A stretch of 64,000 nt of DNA, from the NCBI GenBank assembly GCA_001687465.1, contig LVLI01000069.1:62001-126000 (forward strand). Direction: 5' to 3'. A program made the position numbers and the translations under genes. The notes beneath the pieces are model-generated. The model was not told the DNA's origin, ran no database searches, and saw nothing but the letters and a program-made list of their open reading frames with translations. The DNA is from Halocafeteria seosinensis. Taxonomy: Eukaryota. Each line of letters starts with the position of its first letter. The stretch's first letter is position 1. This document shows, in pieces, positions 11,689-24,773 of the stretch.

Positions 11689-13654
11689 CTAAACCATACT
11701 GTCATCGGTCGAGGAGGAACCTCGTCTACGGATCTTTCCCTTTCCTTTCCTACCTGTTTTCGACTTCGCTTTCTGACCTCCTTTTTTCTTGCCACGGGGG
11801 TGTTTGTCGTCTTCCTCCTCCTTGTCCTTCCAGCAGAAGCAACAAACAGCTTTGCAACACGTACAAGCCTGGTCTCCACATACGATGAACCAAGTTGCTA
11901 CAAGCCCCGCTAAGAAAATCGCATTTACACCTGCCCAAACGCTGCCGATTATCACGTTCTTCTTATGCATGAAGGAAATTATGCGGTGATGGAAATCAGC
12001 GAAACAGTCAGATGCTTTCACCTTCTTCGAACTCTTGCACGATTTCTGTACTTCTTTGTATGTCGAACTATCCTCGCCTTTACCACAACACTCATTCTTG
12101 CTAGGGGAAATGATCGAGTGCGGTACCCATTCGCATTCGCCTTTGGTATGACCTCCTAGACAGCAATCCAAATATAACGTGCAACGAACAAATTTGTCAA
12201 TAGAGGAGTCCATATTAACCGTGTGGCTTTTCAGATCCTTCAGGTTTCCGGCAGCTTCAAAGAGGGCAGCCGAAGCTAGCATTTCTATCATGATCGCAAG
12301 TGATACGACGACAAAGTAAATCATCATCAACAGACGCCCTTTCTTTTTTCGTTGCAACCACAATCCCGCGTAACCCAACAAACTAACGAAAAAGAGACCT
12401 AACCCAAGTACCAGTGCTCCGTATACCACAAACTCTCCGGGAAAGGAACTGCTCTGGAACAATCTTGTGAAAGAAGATTTATAATGGATTGCATATCCTC
12501 CTGCCCCTATCACTCCTAGTGAAAAAAACTGCAGTCAGTGCACACAAATCTGGCTCTTATAAACGATAGTTATGCGTAATAGGAACTCTTTGTACGTACC
12601 GTCAGAACTACATTCGAAAGGAGCATCAACCACCCTTTTTTACTGCACCTCTTCAAGCGCCGCTTAACTCTTTTAGCGTTCACTTCCTCATCATCCGACG
12701 AGTCGCTGCCGTCGCCGTCGTCGTCTTCATCGGAGTCCAACAGTTTCTGCTTCAAACTACTCTGTTTCTCTCTCTTTTCCCGTTCTTTGATAGAACCTAA
12801 CTCCCCTTTTAGTTTCTGGATTTCCTCCTCCTGCCGGGACATACTCTGTTGTAGAGTTCGTATGAGCGCAGGGTCCACATCTCCATCTCTACTTGTTTGG
12901 ATACCGTTCATTTGTTTGCTCTCTACCGGTGTTGTATCCTCTTGCTGCTTCTTCTTCTTGGATTTGCTTTTTCCGCCGGCTGATTGATCTTCATTCGTCG
13001 ACATTTCAAACTCTGAGCCAGCAGGAGCGGCGCTATCTTCATATTCGTATTGACTATAACTCTCGTTGCCTCCGTACTTGGCCACTCTCCCACGTTTGGA
13101 TTTCTTGCCACTATCTTTGTCCCGCCGTATGATGTCCTTCAAGCCATCGCTTACTATGCCGCTTCCTAACTTCTTTCCAATGGCTTTAACCCATCCATTT
13201 CTTTCATTTTCAGTTTCCGGGATAATAACAAATACTCTCTCGGGGGTATCCAGGTCCAGGGCGAATTGCGCAAATGGCCTCACATTTTTCTTCTGATGGA
13301 GCATGGGATCTGCTCACACAGCCACGAGGGGAAACAAATGTGAAAACTTGTTGCATTTTTAGAGGCATTATAAACCCAATATACTCACTGGAAGCCCGAA
13401 ATTCCCTCACTTTGGACAGTTCCACGCAGCCTAAATGCTCTTTCATACTGGCGTCCGAGTAGTAATGGAGCAAAGAACTCTCCATACTGAACCATCTCTT
13501 TTTATAGGACCGTATTCCGGCGGTCTTGCCGCCGTACTTCCACAACTGCAGCCATAATAGAGTATAATACAGCATCAAGAGGAGGAAATGACCCTGGGAT
13601 GGCTCCCGGAAAACATGTCCTATTACTACTTACATAGCCCTGTTTCGCTTCCAT
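11689..13654 (-). CDS. PH domain + coiled coil + tetraspanin-like 4-TM protein
   Basis: Exons join in frame: MEAKQGY|LWKYGGKTAGIRSYKKRWF...ERNGWVKAI (PH), coiled coil, three TM helices, Cys-rich loop (DCCLGG, ECCG), fourth TM and a Cys-rich/basic tail. Confidence 0.75.
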
Positions 13655-14100
13655 GGTGAGCAGGGTCTTATGTTGAACTGTTTTCACACACTGGGTGCAA
13701 GTGTGCGGTGTGTATGAGCGAACAATAGAGATGAAATCACGGGTTTTAGGCTCCGAAATGCCGCGCGTTCCGGCGGCTTCAAGGAAGAAAGATGTGCTCA
13801 CGGTGGTAGGAGGAGGGATGACCGAGGATAGAAGCCGCCCGACTCTTCAAGTTCGACACGAATGAGTCAAACTCCGGCAGAAAGTGGGGGGGTACTCATT
13901 CGGTACAGTCCGTTGGTAAGGATGTTATATGAAGTGATTGGTTATATTGAGAGCAACTGTGGTGTGATTGCTTTCTCCCTGAAGAGCATGGAATCTGCGA
14001 ATTCGAGTGCACAAATGAACCGGAATGATCAAGCACAAACAACGGCATGGCTCACAGAGTGCAGAAGCAAAACCATCATACCCCTCATCAGAGACACACT

Positions 14101-14102
14101 CA

Positions 14103-14132
<30 letters not shown>
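14101..14132. repeat. Compound microsatellite (CA)10(GA)6
   Basis: Seen directly, in the divergent intergenic region between the PH-tetraspanin and ALDH genes. Confidence 0.9.
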
Positions 14133-14133
<1 letters not shown>

Positions 14134-14388
14134 CGATGAGATGTGTTCCTTTGGTAGAAGGAATGCAAAGCGAAACAGCTCCCCAACTTGGGACCCCCAA
14201 GTTGATCGGTCTGCTCTGGGATTCGTACCGAAATTTCGGACGAAAACCCGAAACCTCTGGAAGTGTCACTAGTATTTAACGCAATAAACAATACCCTACA
14301 GCCATTGATTGATGTCAATGTGTACAGCTCTTTTTCAGAAATTTTACCGAACTTGACTTGTAGAAATTCTTGGAAACCATCAACGAAA

Positions 14389-16505
14389 ATGGGATTTTTC
14401 AAGTGCTCTGTGGCTTGCGCTTTGGTCGCGTTCGCGGCTTCTCTATCCGTCGCAAAATGCAGTCATTTACGACAGCTCCTCCTGGATTTCTGGTCCTTGT
14501 GCGTCGCTCATTGGCAGTACGAAGCTGCAGTGTTAGCTGCGGTGGCAGTGGTGGTTGTGTTGTATAACGTAATCACTCAGCCCAACATACCCCTCATCCC
14601 AGTGGATTTAAAGAGTGAATTGGGTGCGTGAAGTTTAATTCTCGATGGGATGTCGTATATTACGATTTCAGGAACTCACGTTGAATGCTGTTACATCTGC
14701 AGCACGTGGTCGGACGGAACGAAAGAAGGATCCGGACATGAACGTGCAGGATCCTGAACGCGAAGGATGGATCCAGTGCTGGAATCCATCTACGGGCTCC
14801 TTCTTGGGAGAAGTGAAGGCCATGACACCCGAACAGGTCAAGCTGGTAATCGGGAAAGCAAGAAAGGCGCAAGCGAAATGGGCAAATACGTCGTTTGCCG
14901 AGCGCCGCCGAGTACTTAGAATTCTGGATAAATGCATTCGTGCTCATAGGGAAGACATCTGCAGAATATCATGTATTGATACCGGAAAAACACGTAAGCG
15001 AAACATCTCTATCTTCCTTTGCAAAGGTCAGAACCAAGGATTTTACACTTGTGATATTTATGGTGCAGAACTAGAAGCGATTCTCGGCGAAATTATGGTG
15101 ACCTCAGGGAAAATAGACTGGATGTGCAACCACGGAGAAGAAGCTTTGCAACCAGAGAGGCGTAATCCCCCACTCATTATGGCACATAAGAGTGCATGGG
15201 TCGAATGGTCGCCGCTAGGTGTACTTGGAGTTATAGCCCCTTGGAACTACCCGTTCCACAACATGTACAACCACATTATTTCCGGCATATTTGCGGGAAA
15301 TGGTGTTGTTGTCAAGGTATCGGAGCACAGTGCCTGGTGTGCTGAGTACTATGTCAGAATCATTGATCAGGTTCTTGGCGAATGCGGCTACCCTGGCCTG
15401 GTTTCTCTTGTTCAGGGCTTCAGCGATGTCGGCTCTGCTTTGGTTAATGGAGGAGTTGATAAAGTCATATTTACGGGTTCCCCGGGTGTTGGTAAGCACG
15501 TGATGCGAGGAGCTGCCGACACGCTTACGCCTGTCGTCCTGGAGCTGGGCGGAAAGGATCCGTTTGTTGTCATGGATGATGCTGATCTAGATCAATCGGT
15601 ACAGATTGCTATTCGTGGGGCCTACCAAAATTGCGGGCAAAACTGCGTCGGAGCCGAAAGGTTTTATGTGTATGAGAGTGTTTATGAAGAATTTATTGAA
15701 AGAGCAGCAAAGATCGTTCGACAAATGAAACAAGGGCCAGCTGTTACTCCTGAAGGAAAATGGAACCATGTCGATATAGGCTCTACTACAAGCAGCTTCC
15801 AACTGAAGCATGTAGAGAAAATGGTTAATGACGCTGTAGCCAATGGCGCCCGCATCATCTGCGGGGGAAAGATTAATCGCAGTGAGGACCTGAAGAATCA
15901 AGGCGGTGGAGATGGCCTGTTTTTTGAGCCTACCGTGTTAGCTGACGTTACGCAGGATATGCATATTGCGCAGGAAGAGGTCTTTGGACCCGTCATGACC
16001 ATTATCAAAGGTAAGAAGCTATTCTCCGCAACCCATTTTGTATATGTTCTAGATATTATGTTTCATGCGTTTGAGTGCAGTCAAAGAAGACAGTGATGAT
16101 ACAGCAATTGAAATGATCAATAGCATAAATTATGGGCTCGGATCCAGTGTATTCAGTAAAGATGTGCGCCGTGCAGACCGTTTAGCGAAGCGAATTTATG
16201 CAGGTATGACCGCGGTTAACGATTTCGGCACAGGATACTTGGTGCAAGATATGCCATTTGGTGGTGTTAAGCTATCTGGCTTCAATAGGTTTGCCGGAAA
16301 GGAGGGTCTTCGCGAGTGCTGCCTGACTAAGAGCGTCGTCACTGATAAATTCGGTGATTTGGGTATTCGAACCTCAGTACCTCCCAGAATGGGGTACCCA
16401 ATGCAGGGTGATTCAACCATTCGCTTTGCCAATGGCCTTACCGACTTCCAGTTCGGCGATGGCATCTGGGGAAAGCTCAAGGGAATTGGCAACTTGATCT
16501 GGTAG
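14389..16505 (+). CDS. Aldehyde dehydrogenase, ALDH22/Msc7-like, with N-terminal hydrophobic segments
   Basis: PWNYPFHN, FTGSPGVG, LELGGKD, catalytic GQNCVGAER, EEVFGPV, MPFGGVKLSG; hydrophobic exon 1. Confidence 0.9.
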
Positions 16506-16592
16506 ACCCATATTATATGCACCTTGATACACCATAAGATTAAAGCTTGTATATCATTGATGTTTCCTTAATTATTACGAAGTTTTCTGTTC

Positions 16593-17216
16593 CTATGCAA
16601 CCTTGCGACGTTTCGTAGATTCCTCCAGAGGGGTGCTGGCAATTGAGGTATCCGGATCTCGTTTGCAGTTCGGCGTTGCAGCTTGCACCTGATTCGGCTG
16701 GTCGCTTGAATTCTCGATGGTACCATCTTTTACACAGACAGAAACATCCTCCTCAGTGTTATCGACCTTTGTAGTCTCATCGGAGGTGGTAGGCTCTGTC
16801 CCTAGTGGTGTGGTGCTCTCCCCTTCGGGGGCCACATTCTCGTTGGTTTCCTTCGTGCAGGTAGCATCGCCGTCACTATTCGATTTGCTTGGCTCTTCCT
16901 CAGTAGTCTCATCCTGAGCCTTATTAGCATCCTCAGTTGGTTCAGCGGTGGCAGCATTTCCGTTGTCGATGCCCTCCGTGGCTTCTTCTTCCTCGGATTC
17001 CTTTTGTGGGGATTCTTCTTTTGGGATAGTCTCCGTGGATTGCTGGGTCTCGGTGTCATTTGCATTAGACGCAGCTCCTTTGCACTCAGCTATATCACTC
17101 TGAGTAGGAATGGATGCATCTTTAGTGGCTGGTTGATCCAATGAAGCCGTGGCCACTGTTTCAATTTCGCCTTTCTCGACCGAAGTCAACGATTCTTTTG
17201 GTTGAGTTTGAGACAT
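16593..17216 (-). CDS. Acidic low-complexity protein with C-terminal NLS-like KRRKV
   Basis: 207-aa E/T/S-rich ORF; no known domain; upstream exons possible. Confidence 0.55.
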   Translation of the reverse strand: MSQTQPKESLTSVEKGEIETVATASLDQPATKDASIPTQSDIAECKGAASNANDTETQQSTETIPKEESPQKESEEEEATEGIDNGNAATAEPTEDANKAQDETTEEEPSKSNSDGDATCTKETNENVAPEGESTTPLGTEPTTSDETTKVDNTEEDVSVCVKDGTIENSSDQPNQVQAATPNCKRDPDTSIASTPLEESTKRRKVA

Positions 17217-18251
17217 TCTGAATACTGCATACGGGATGAATACCTCATAGAATCAATTGATAACCCAGTGAATATGTTATACCTGCAACTAACCTTGTGC
17301 TACAAAGGTGTATAGACCCCTAAACATAGATTCCTGGACGATAAGAATTCTTAAAAAGAACTCCTGAATTCCCGTTCTTTTTTTTTCTGTTGCAAATTCC
17401 TTTTTCTTCCTGTGGGAGTTTTGTGAAGCTGTAAACGAACAACACAAATACTTTATCAACTAACTGGTAACCCACCTCATTTGCTTTCTGGATTCCTCAT
17501 CAAAAGATTGTCGTTTCAACATTCGGCCCGAGGATCTCTGGCGAGTCAGCGTTGGGAATCTCTAGAGGACTCTAGAGCACGGAGAGAAGCGATGAACCCA
17601 GAGCATCCGGCGCTAAATCAATGCGTGTTTGACAGTCTCTGTTTCATGATCAATTGTAGACGATGAACATGCTCTTTGTGGGATTTTCCATCCCAGTTCT
17701 CATCGTTTCAGTCCAGTGCGACAGTGGATTCGTCGCGGAGTCTGGAGGACACAACACGCCTGCGCCAATTCAACGCCATAGTACTTTGATGCCAAAGCTA
17801 AGGGTTGCGATAAAGGTATGGCAAAGGCAAGCGCTGAGCTGTGATGGAACTGATGCTCCATAATACCAGGCACAAGATCTCTCCCTCCTTCCACTGGCTC
17901 ACCAAGGAAATGGACACCAACAAAACGATCCCCAGTCAGTCCTACGGATACACAAGTACACAACGAAGCCACCATGGGCATCATCCGCTAGCTAGCGATT
18001 CGTACCGCGAGTTCAAATGTAATGTCGCCACTGGAAGCGTAGATGGGTGTCTTTTCAACTCATTGGATGCCAAGGCTACTGTTTCCATTCACTACATGAG
18101 GCATTCGTCTGTGAACTCCGGCTGTTTGCGTGTCACTGGCTCTGCGGCGGTGTGTATACCACCACTTGAGCGCGTTTGTAAAGAAGTAAATACTACCATT
18201 TGATTCATACCTTAGCTCCGTGTTGCGTGGACAGGATTATCGTGCGACAAA

Positions 18252-19500
18252 ATGTTCGGGATTTTCAGTAGCTTATTCGGATCTGTCTGGTCGATATGGT
18301 GGCATTTAGCTGCTGCATTCTTCACCCTCTCCGTAGCTACCTTCCTTATACCTTTCTTCATCCAAAAGATACTCCCCGAGCAGGACCTTAAGAGAAAGTA
18401 CGCTGCTAAATGGGCTCTAATTACGGGTGGAAGCTCCGGAATCGGACTGGCTATTGCCGAGAAGTTGGCAGGACAAAACCTAAACCTCATTATCGCCGCA
18501 GTTAAGGATGACGCATTGGATCAGTCGGGTAAGCACTGATGGTAGTCTTAGTTTCTGTTGTTTTCCTGAAATCAGGACTGTAAACCACTGCCAACAGTCA
18601 AGAAGCTCCAGAAGGACTTCCCTTCCATCGAAGTAGTCCAGGTAGGAACCGATTTGAGTAAGGACTCCTGTTTGGATGATATCAAGGCCAAGACCAAGAA
18701 GAAAGACGTTCAAATCGTTTTCTGCAATGCTGGATATATAAAAACCGGCTTCTTTGATGACACGACCGAGAGTAAGTCAGGTTGGAGACGGCTCCGTTCA
18801 TCATTCTCGTAGCTCATTCCTTGTGAGATGCAGACTTTACTATGAGCAACTACCACTGCAATGCGACAAGTGCTACAAGGATTGCTCACCATTTCATCAG
18901 TGAAATGAAACAGGAAGGCTTGCCCGGATGTGTGTGTTTCACCTCCTCCCCAGCTGGGTTTATGCCAACACCTTTCTCAGCTATGTACGGAGCAACGAAG
19001 GCGTACCTGACGGAGCTAGCGCAGTCAATTGCTCCAGAAGCGAAAGGATTGGGAATAGATGTCGCTGTTTGTCATCCAAGTCCGGTAAAAAGCAAATTCT
19101 ACGAGGGGACCCACAGCATTGATATGCTTGAGATGTTTAAGAACACAGGTTGGTACTCAAAGGTCATTTCCAAGACAGGGAAATCATGCTTCATCATCGG
19201 GGTTTTGCTAAATCTGCAGGTACAACTCCTGATATACCAGCGTCTTATATGCTCTCTGGTATTGGACGGTTCGTTGTAATTGACCAGGGCTACTACTGTG
19301 CTATGGCTCGTTTTATACTGAAGGTACGTGCAAACTAGATGCCTATTAGCTCTGGAATCAAAAATATTGTAGGATGTCATTCGAATCGTCTACCTGTTCA
19401 GGCTGTGGACATCATTTTTATGACCGAGCTCATCACACGGATTGCCCAGTACCTTCCTGACTACAAGAATATGCGTAAACCAAAGAAGAAGCCCATGTAG
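18252..19500 (+). CDS. Membrane-anchored short-chain dehydrogenase/reductase (17beta-HSD/ketoacyl-reductase-like)
   Basis: N-terminal TM, TGGSSGIG Rossmann motif, NAG, catalytic YGATK; multi-exon, TAG at 19498-19500. Confidence 0.88.
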
Positions 19501-19979
19501 AACGTTTCTAAGGTTTTAGAACGAAAATCTTCTATGTTCCATATAAGCCCTGAAGAAAATCTTTGCCAATACACAAGCTGTGACACAAACCGCACTGACG
19601 ACTAGTTTTAAGGATTCGGGCAGTTGCAGTTGCTTGACAGTAGAAGTCCCCAATGGTGAGTGCTATCACCAAATAAATTACAACGCGTCCTATCACAGTT
19701 GCTTCTGCGTTAGACTTATCATTTTTGGTCAATTGTTTGGAAGCAATGCCTCCTTCGTCGCTTCGGTACCACCGCTTGGAGCGTCAATTCTCCGTGCTTG
19801 AGCCGGGGCTTCAACTTGACGTCAACATCCGGAAACTTACAAAAAGGAAACCAAAGGGGGTTGAAGAGGGGAGGATTATTTGCCTGCGGCGGACTTTCCT
19901 TCGGTGGAGCATACACCTCTGCAAGCCTATAATTGTCAGCATTTCTGGTTCAGTTAGCATTCTATGACAGTAAGACAAC

Positions 19980-21758
19980 ATGCAGCACCCACAGCATTCG
20001 GCTGCTAATTATATAACAACGGTATCTCCCCGTGGGGTCCCGTCCCCATCGCGATCGTCAGCGACGTCAATGTATTCCCATTCAGCTCACTACGCTCCCC
20101 AGGGTATGGGAGGTGGCTACAGTGGTTATTCAGCCCCTCTTCAGATGTCCAGTGGACGGGGCTATCCGCAAATGAACCAGCCTATTACCGCTACACCTCG
20201 GCACCCTCCCATGTCCGGTAGATCCATGGAGCCTTCAACAATGTCATCGAGTCCTTCAGGCAGTCGAACGGAGGATTCCACGACGTTTATTCCACATATG
20301 CAACGTCACGGGGACTCGTACGGTCCTGGAGGACCCACGAACAAACAGCTCAAAGAGTACTTGCAGGAATTCATGCAGGATCATAATGAATATAATAACC
20401 CAACCGTTCGAAGCATCCTGTCGGCTCTGGACGACCAGGGAGCTGTGAGCCGACCGCCTCGGACAAAGGCCGTCCTAAACCCTGAACAGTATAACAACAG
20501 TATGGGAATCAGCATGGACGAAGTCGTATGTGCATTTGCCTTCCCTCACAAGTCCATTTGTTTGTGATATACGCACGGGGTTCTAACGATTGCAGGTTAG
20601 TATCACGCACAAGAGGCCACGAGTTGTAAAGAACAGACATCCAAAGCAGCTAGATGAACGAGCAGTTGCCATATTGTATAGATGGATGCTATCAAAGGAG
20701 CATTTTGATTTTCGTAAGTCATGCTTCCTACGTGAGAACTTTGGCGGAATACGAGACGAGACACTTCAACTGCCTGTGACACACAGCTTACCCAACGGAA
20801 AAGGAGAAGGAAGAGCTATCAAAAATTACACAAGTAACGGTGACCCAACTGAACCACTGGTTTACAAACGCAAGGAAAAGATTATGGTAAGAAGGTTTGC
20901 CTCCATGCTCGCAGAGTTTCCCGTCTCAAGTGTGTGTCAACGCCATGCAGGGTCCCATTGCGTCGCAAACGTAATCTTCATGTGCCTAGCCAGGCGGAAA
21001 TTAGGAAGTTGCGAACTCAAAGGAAGATTGAAGAGTTAAAACATACTCAGGGAGGGGCCTCAACGGGCTCTGGAGAATCAGTAAACAGTGCGTCCTATTC
21101 AGAGGATGAAGGCTCACCTCGTCGCTCAAAGTCTCAAAAAACTCACTTAGAGGATCGTAGACGAACTACTGTTGCCCCGGCTAACAGCAGCCCAACAAAT
21201 GATAGTGGCTACGGTTCCTACGGGATATCCGAGCACTCTGGCTCTTATCCTTCCCAGGCAGGTGGCGGTGATAGAATGAGGTATTTAACAGAACAACTAT
21301 CCAGTGGTCATTCCTCTTCGAGATCTGCACAGTGCAACTCCAATGGGCTCAACCATGGTGGACAACTCCTCGTTGGTAAGAATGTAGCATTTCGCCCGTC
21401 TTTTACTAGCGTTTCTTCGCCACCTCCACCGCCCCTCAGAGACCAACGGCAAGCCCACCTCCTGGAGTCGGTGTATGGGCAGCATGCTTCTGGAAACTAT
21501 AACTCGGATAACCTCCTAAGTTTCGGGGTCATTGCTTCGCACGTTTGCCAGAATGTTTCGCAACATAGCAACGAGACCTGGAGGCAACCCAACATCAATG
21601 TCAATACGGAGCAGGTCAATGGGAACCCTGAACAGGCTTTCGCTCAACCTTTCCGGAGTTCTCGTGGTGAAATTGATTCGAGACAGAGTTGCGCAACGAA
21701 CGACTCAATTTTCAGTAATGGAAGCAATCAAGGGAGCGATGATCCTCGCTATACATAA
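19980..21758 (+). CDS. TALE-class homeobox transcription factor
   Basis: Spliced homeodomain LDERAVAILYRWMLSKEHFDF|PYPTEKEKEELSKITQVTVTQLNHWFTNARKRL|WVP: PYP loop and WFxN helix 3. Confidence 0.88.
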
Positions 21759-22674
21759 GGGCGTAATCTGTTGATGAAAGGAGTGTTGCTAATATAGTTT
21801 TCGCTGCGCGCACATCCTTGAAGACAGCTCCGCAGCAAACTTTGTCTGAAGTACACCCTTTGTAACCCAGCTCCAAGAACTTCCAACAATGCATACCTCC
21901 CTAATCTATTTACTTGATAACGTTTTTCGTATGTTACATTTTGAATTCATCAAAGGGCATGGGAATTCTCAGTGAGACTTGCTCTTGTTGTACAACATTG
22001 ATTGAATCGGATTGACTCCACTCCTTCCCTGAGGACGACAGTTGCCCGGCAGGGTGCGGGCCCCGCCGCTTCCTCTATTCCGGACCGCTTCGCTGGATTG
22101 GTAGACTGCGATTTTGACGGGGTAGATTTCCAAAGAGGGGCAAGAGGCACAAGGACAAGAGGGACACAGTACGAGTCGCTCAAAACCCGCGCCTCGGTAG
22201 CGGTTGTTGAACCAGTGTATGTCCCTGAGTCCGGAGTTCGGTGCGGATGGGCCGCCCTGATCCGCCCTGGATCGAGATGCCCCTATGGTTTCCCCCCGGC
22301 TGGACTACCCCTGAGTGGCAGGGTCCCTGGGGACCGATGGAAACGGTCCGCGTACCAAAGTTTCCAGAGAGAAAAAGGGAGACACACAAGCGCAAATAAA
22401 GTGGAATGTGCCTCATAATTTGTGTTCGCAGACTGCCATACTGTTCTATTTGTAAACTGCCTCTTTCGCGCATCTCGTTATACGCGTTATATTGTAAAAC
22501 GTTCGTACCATAGCGTGGATTGATTGACCATTGGGAACCAATAGAGTCAACTCAGTCAAGCTAAGTGGCTCCCAGCGGGGGAGCGGTCGACCAAGGCTTT
22601 TCATGCCTTTTTTACACCCATCTGCAGTCAAAGTATTCAGCGTATCACATCCGTGTGCACCTTTGGCATCTACC

Positions 22675-24421
22675 ATGAGTGCTCCTATGACTTGTAGCGA
22701 TAATTATAGAGAGCCAGGCTCTAGTACCCTCCCGAGTCAGCTGGAGGATCAGCTGGAGCAGCGGAGGGCTGGTTCATACGTTGAGTCGACAGACAAAAGG
22801 GAAACCTCGAAGCCTGAACAACAGCAAAATGATAAAGATGATCCCTCATTTAGCTCAGTGGAAGAGAATGCGGAGGTCGATAGCCCCTCTAACAGCTCCC
22901 TCCAAACGGATGAGCATGAAGGAGAAGGTCGGTACGCGACTAGAAGTGTCAAGAGTAAGTGCTGGTCTGACGGTATTCAAGATTCCTTATAGTGAATACA
23001 TAGGAAAATTCAAAGCATTGGGACTCTTAATATCGTAAAATGGAAAATTGAGAGAACTGCGGCGAATAAATGCGTGCGGAGTGTGTGGACCCTAGAATTT
23101 TTGCGCCCTCAGGGAGCGATTCTTTCGTTCCTACTCTTCCACGATGCATGTGTAGTGTTACGATTTTGCTCCATGAATCGGATTGCACCCTATAGAAGCA
23201 CTATTCCTGCTTGTACTCATGTTTCCGGACTAATGGGCGCAGAAACAGCTTCCAAAAGAAGATCGGGATCACTTCGTTTATCAGATCACGCTGTCTCGTT
23301 ACTGCGAGGCTGGGTATTCAGGTAAGCTAACGAATTCGGTCATTTTTTGGCCATTCGGTGTTTGATTGCTAACACTTGGCATGCTATTTACAGCCCCGAG
23401 CATATAGACTACCCATATCCTTCAAAAGCAGTAGGTTCTCCGACTGAACAATCGTTATACTGTTAAACGGTTCCAAGCAGTGTCTGTCGTCGCAGGAAAA
23501 AGAGGAGCTGGCGCAGGAAGCCGGCATTACTATCCAGCAGCTGAATAACTTCATGGCTAACATTCGGAAGAGGTCCTGGGGACCCTTCTGGAAAAGGAAG
23601 AAGGGGTAAGTATATGACCACCTGCCAAGTTGTCCGAACCGAATAATTTTCGCTCCCATTTACAGCATGGATACTGGTGGAAAGTCAGAATATCAAAAAC
23701 CGGCATCAACGGTAAGCTATAAGTTCTCATGGCAAGGGGCCGCAAAGGTAGCCTATATCCTACCGGTATTTTACAGAACGACTTGCAACAACAAAACATG
23801 CATGGTGGAAAACGTTTGAGAAGCTTTCCGTCTCAAGCGAACCAAGAAGAGTCAATTAGCCAGGCAGATGGTGCGTTGATGCTTTCGCGTCTAAAGCGGA
23901 TCAAAGGTTACCCAGAGAATGACATAAGCTATGTGTCGGGGCCCTCGCGCCCGCTGCGGGTGCCGACTATGTCGAGCTTCTATGACACCTCCCAGTACCA
24001 AGGCGATGGCCGATTTCACGGATACAATCATCCTTCCACAGGTGTCAATACTGCATATTTGTCCCAAGCAACAACCGCCGGAAACTATCCTGTGCAACCC
24101 CGCGTTTCTACTACAACTCAACTCCGTCAACCATGGCCGCACTATTGGCCTCCAACTTCTGGATCTCCGCCCTGGCCTCAGTATGCTGCAACTGCTCCCA
24201 ACACAACAGCTCCATACTACAACAATTATCCAACTACTGCGCGACCGTATGCTTCTCAATCGGCTCACCCCCTTACGCCCGTGCCACAGCCCTCCTATGG
24301 ATATCTCGCTACGTCCACGTTTCCGCCCCCAGCAGTGATGGCCCCTTCCGGAAGGGTGCATGGTTACCAACATACTCCTCACCATCAGCCCCAAGGTTCT
24401 TCAACAATGTATCGGGGATGA
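22675..24421 (+). CDS. Divergent TALE-class homeobox protein
   Basis: Spliced homeodomain LSDHAVSLLRGWVF|SPEHIDYPYPSKA|EKEELAQEAGITIQQLNNFMANIRKRSW; P/Y/Q-rich C-terminus. The 5' exons are uncertain. Confidence 0.78.
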
Positions 24422-24773
24422 CGAACCAGTATCGCTTTCATGACAATCTGGTCGGGAGTATCACATTCAATGTTTGTGGTCGCCCAAATATCAGATGATA
24501 CCACATTTGGTTACCTCTCGCGGCTGACATCCCCGTTTTCATCTTGTACTTTTTGCATGAAATACACTTCTTCTTTTTTTGTCCTTACCCGTATCTCGTA
24601 GCAGGACCACAGGTTAAACACCTCCATGATTCTTCAATTCCACCACAGTTCGACCCGCGTCACAAGGGATTTCCGGTTTTTGTGAAGATGAGATCGTGTC
24701 ACTTCAATTATCCCGTACTTTTAATGGTTGTTTGATGGTCTGATACCCAATTTTCTCGATCGTACCGTCCAGA

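Noticed and set aside
17480..18203. Several short ORFs between the acidic gene and the SDR
   Set aside because: No motif and no convincing exon chain; a small gene cannot be excluded.
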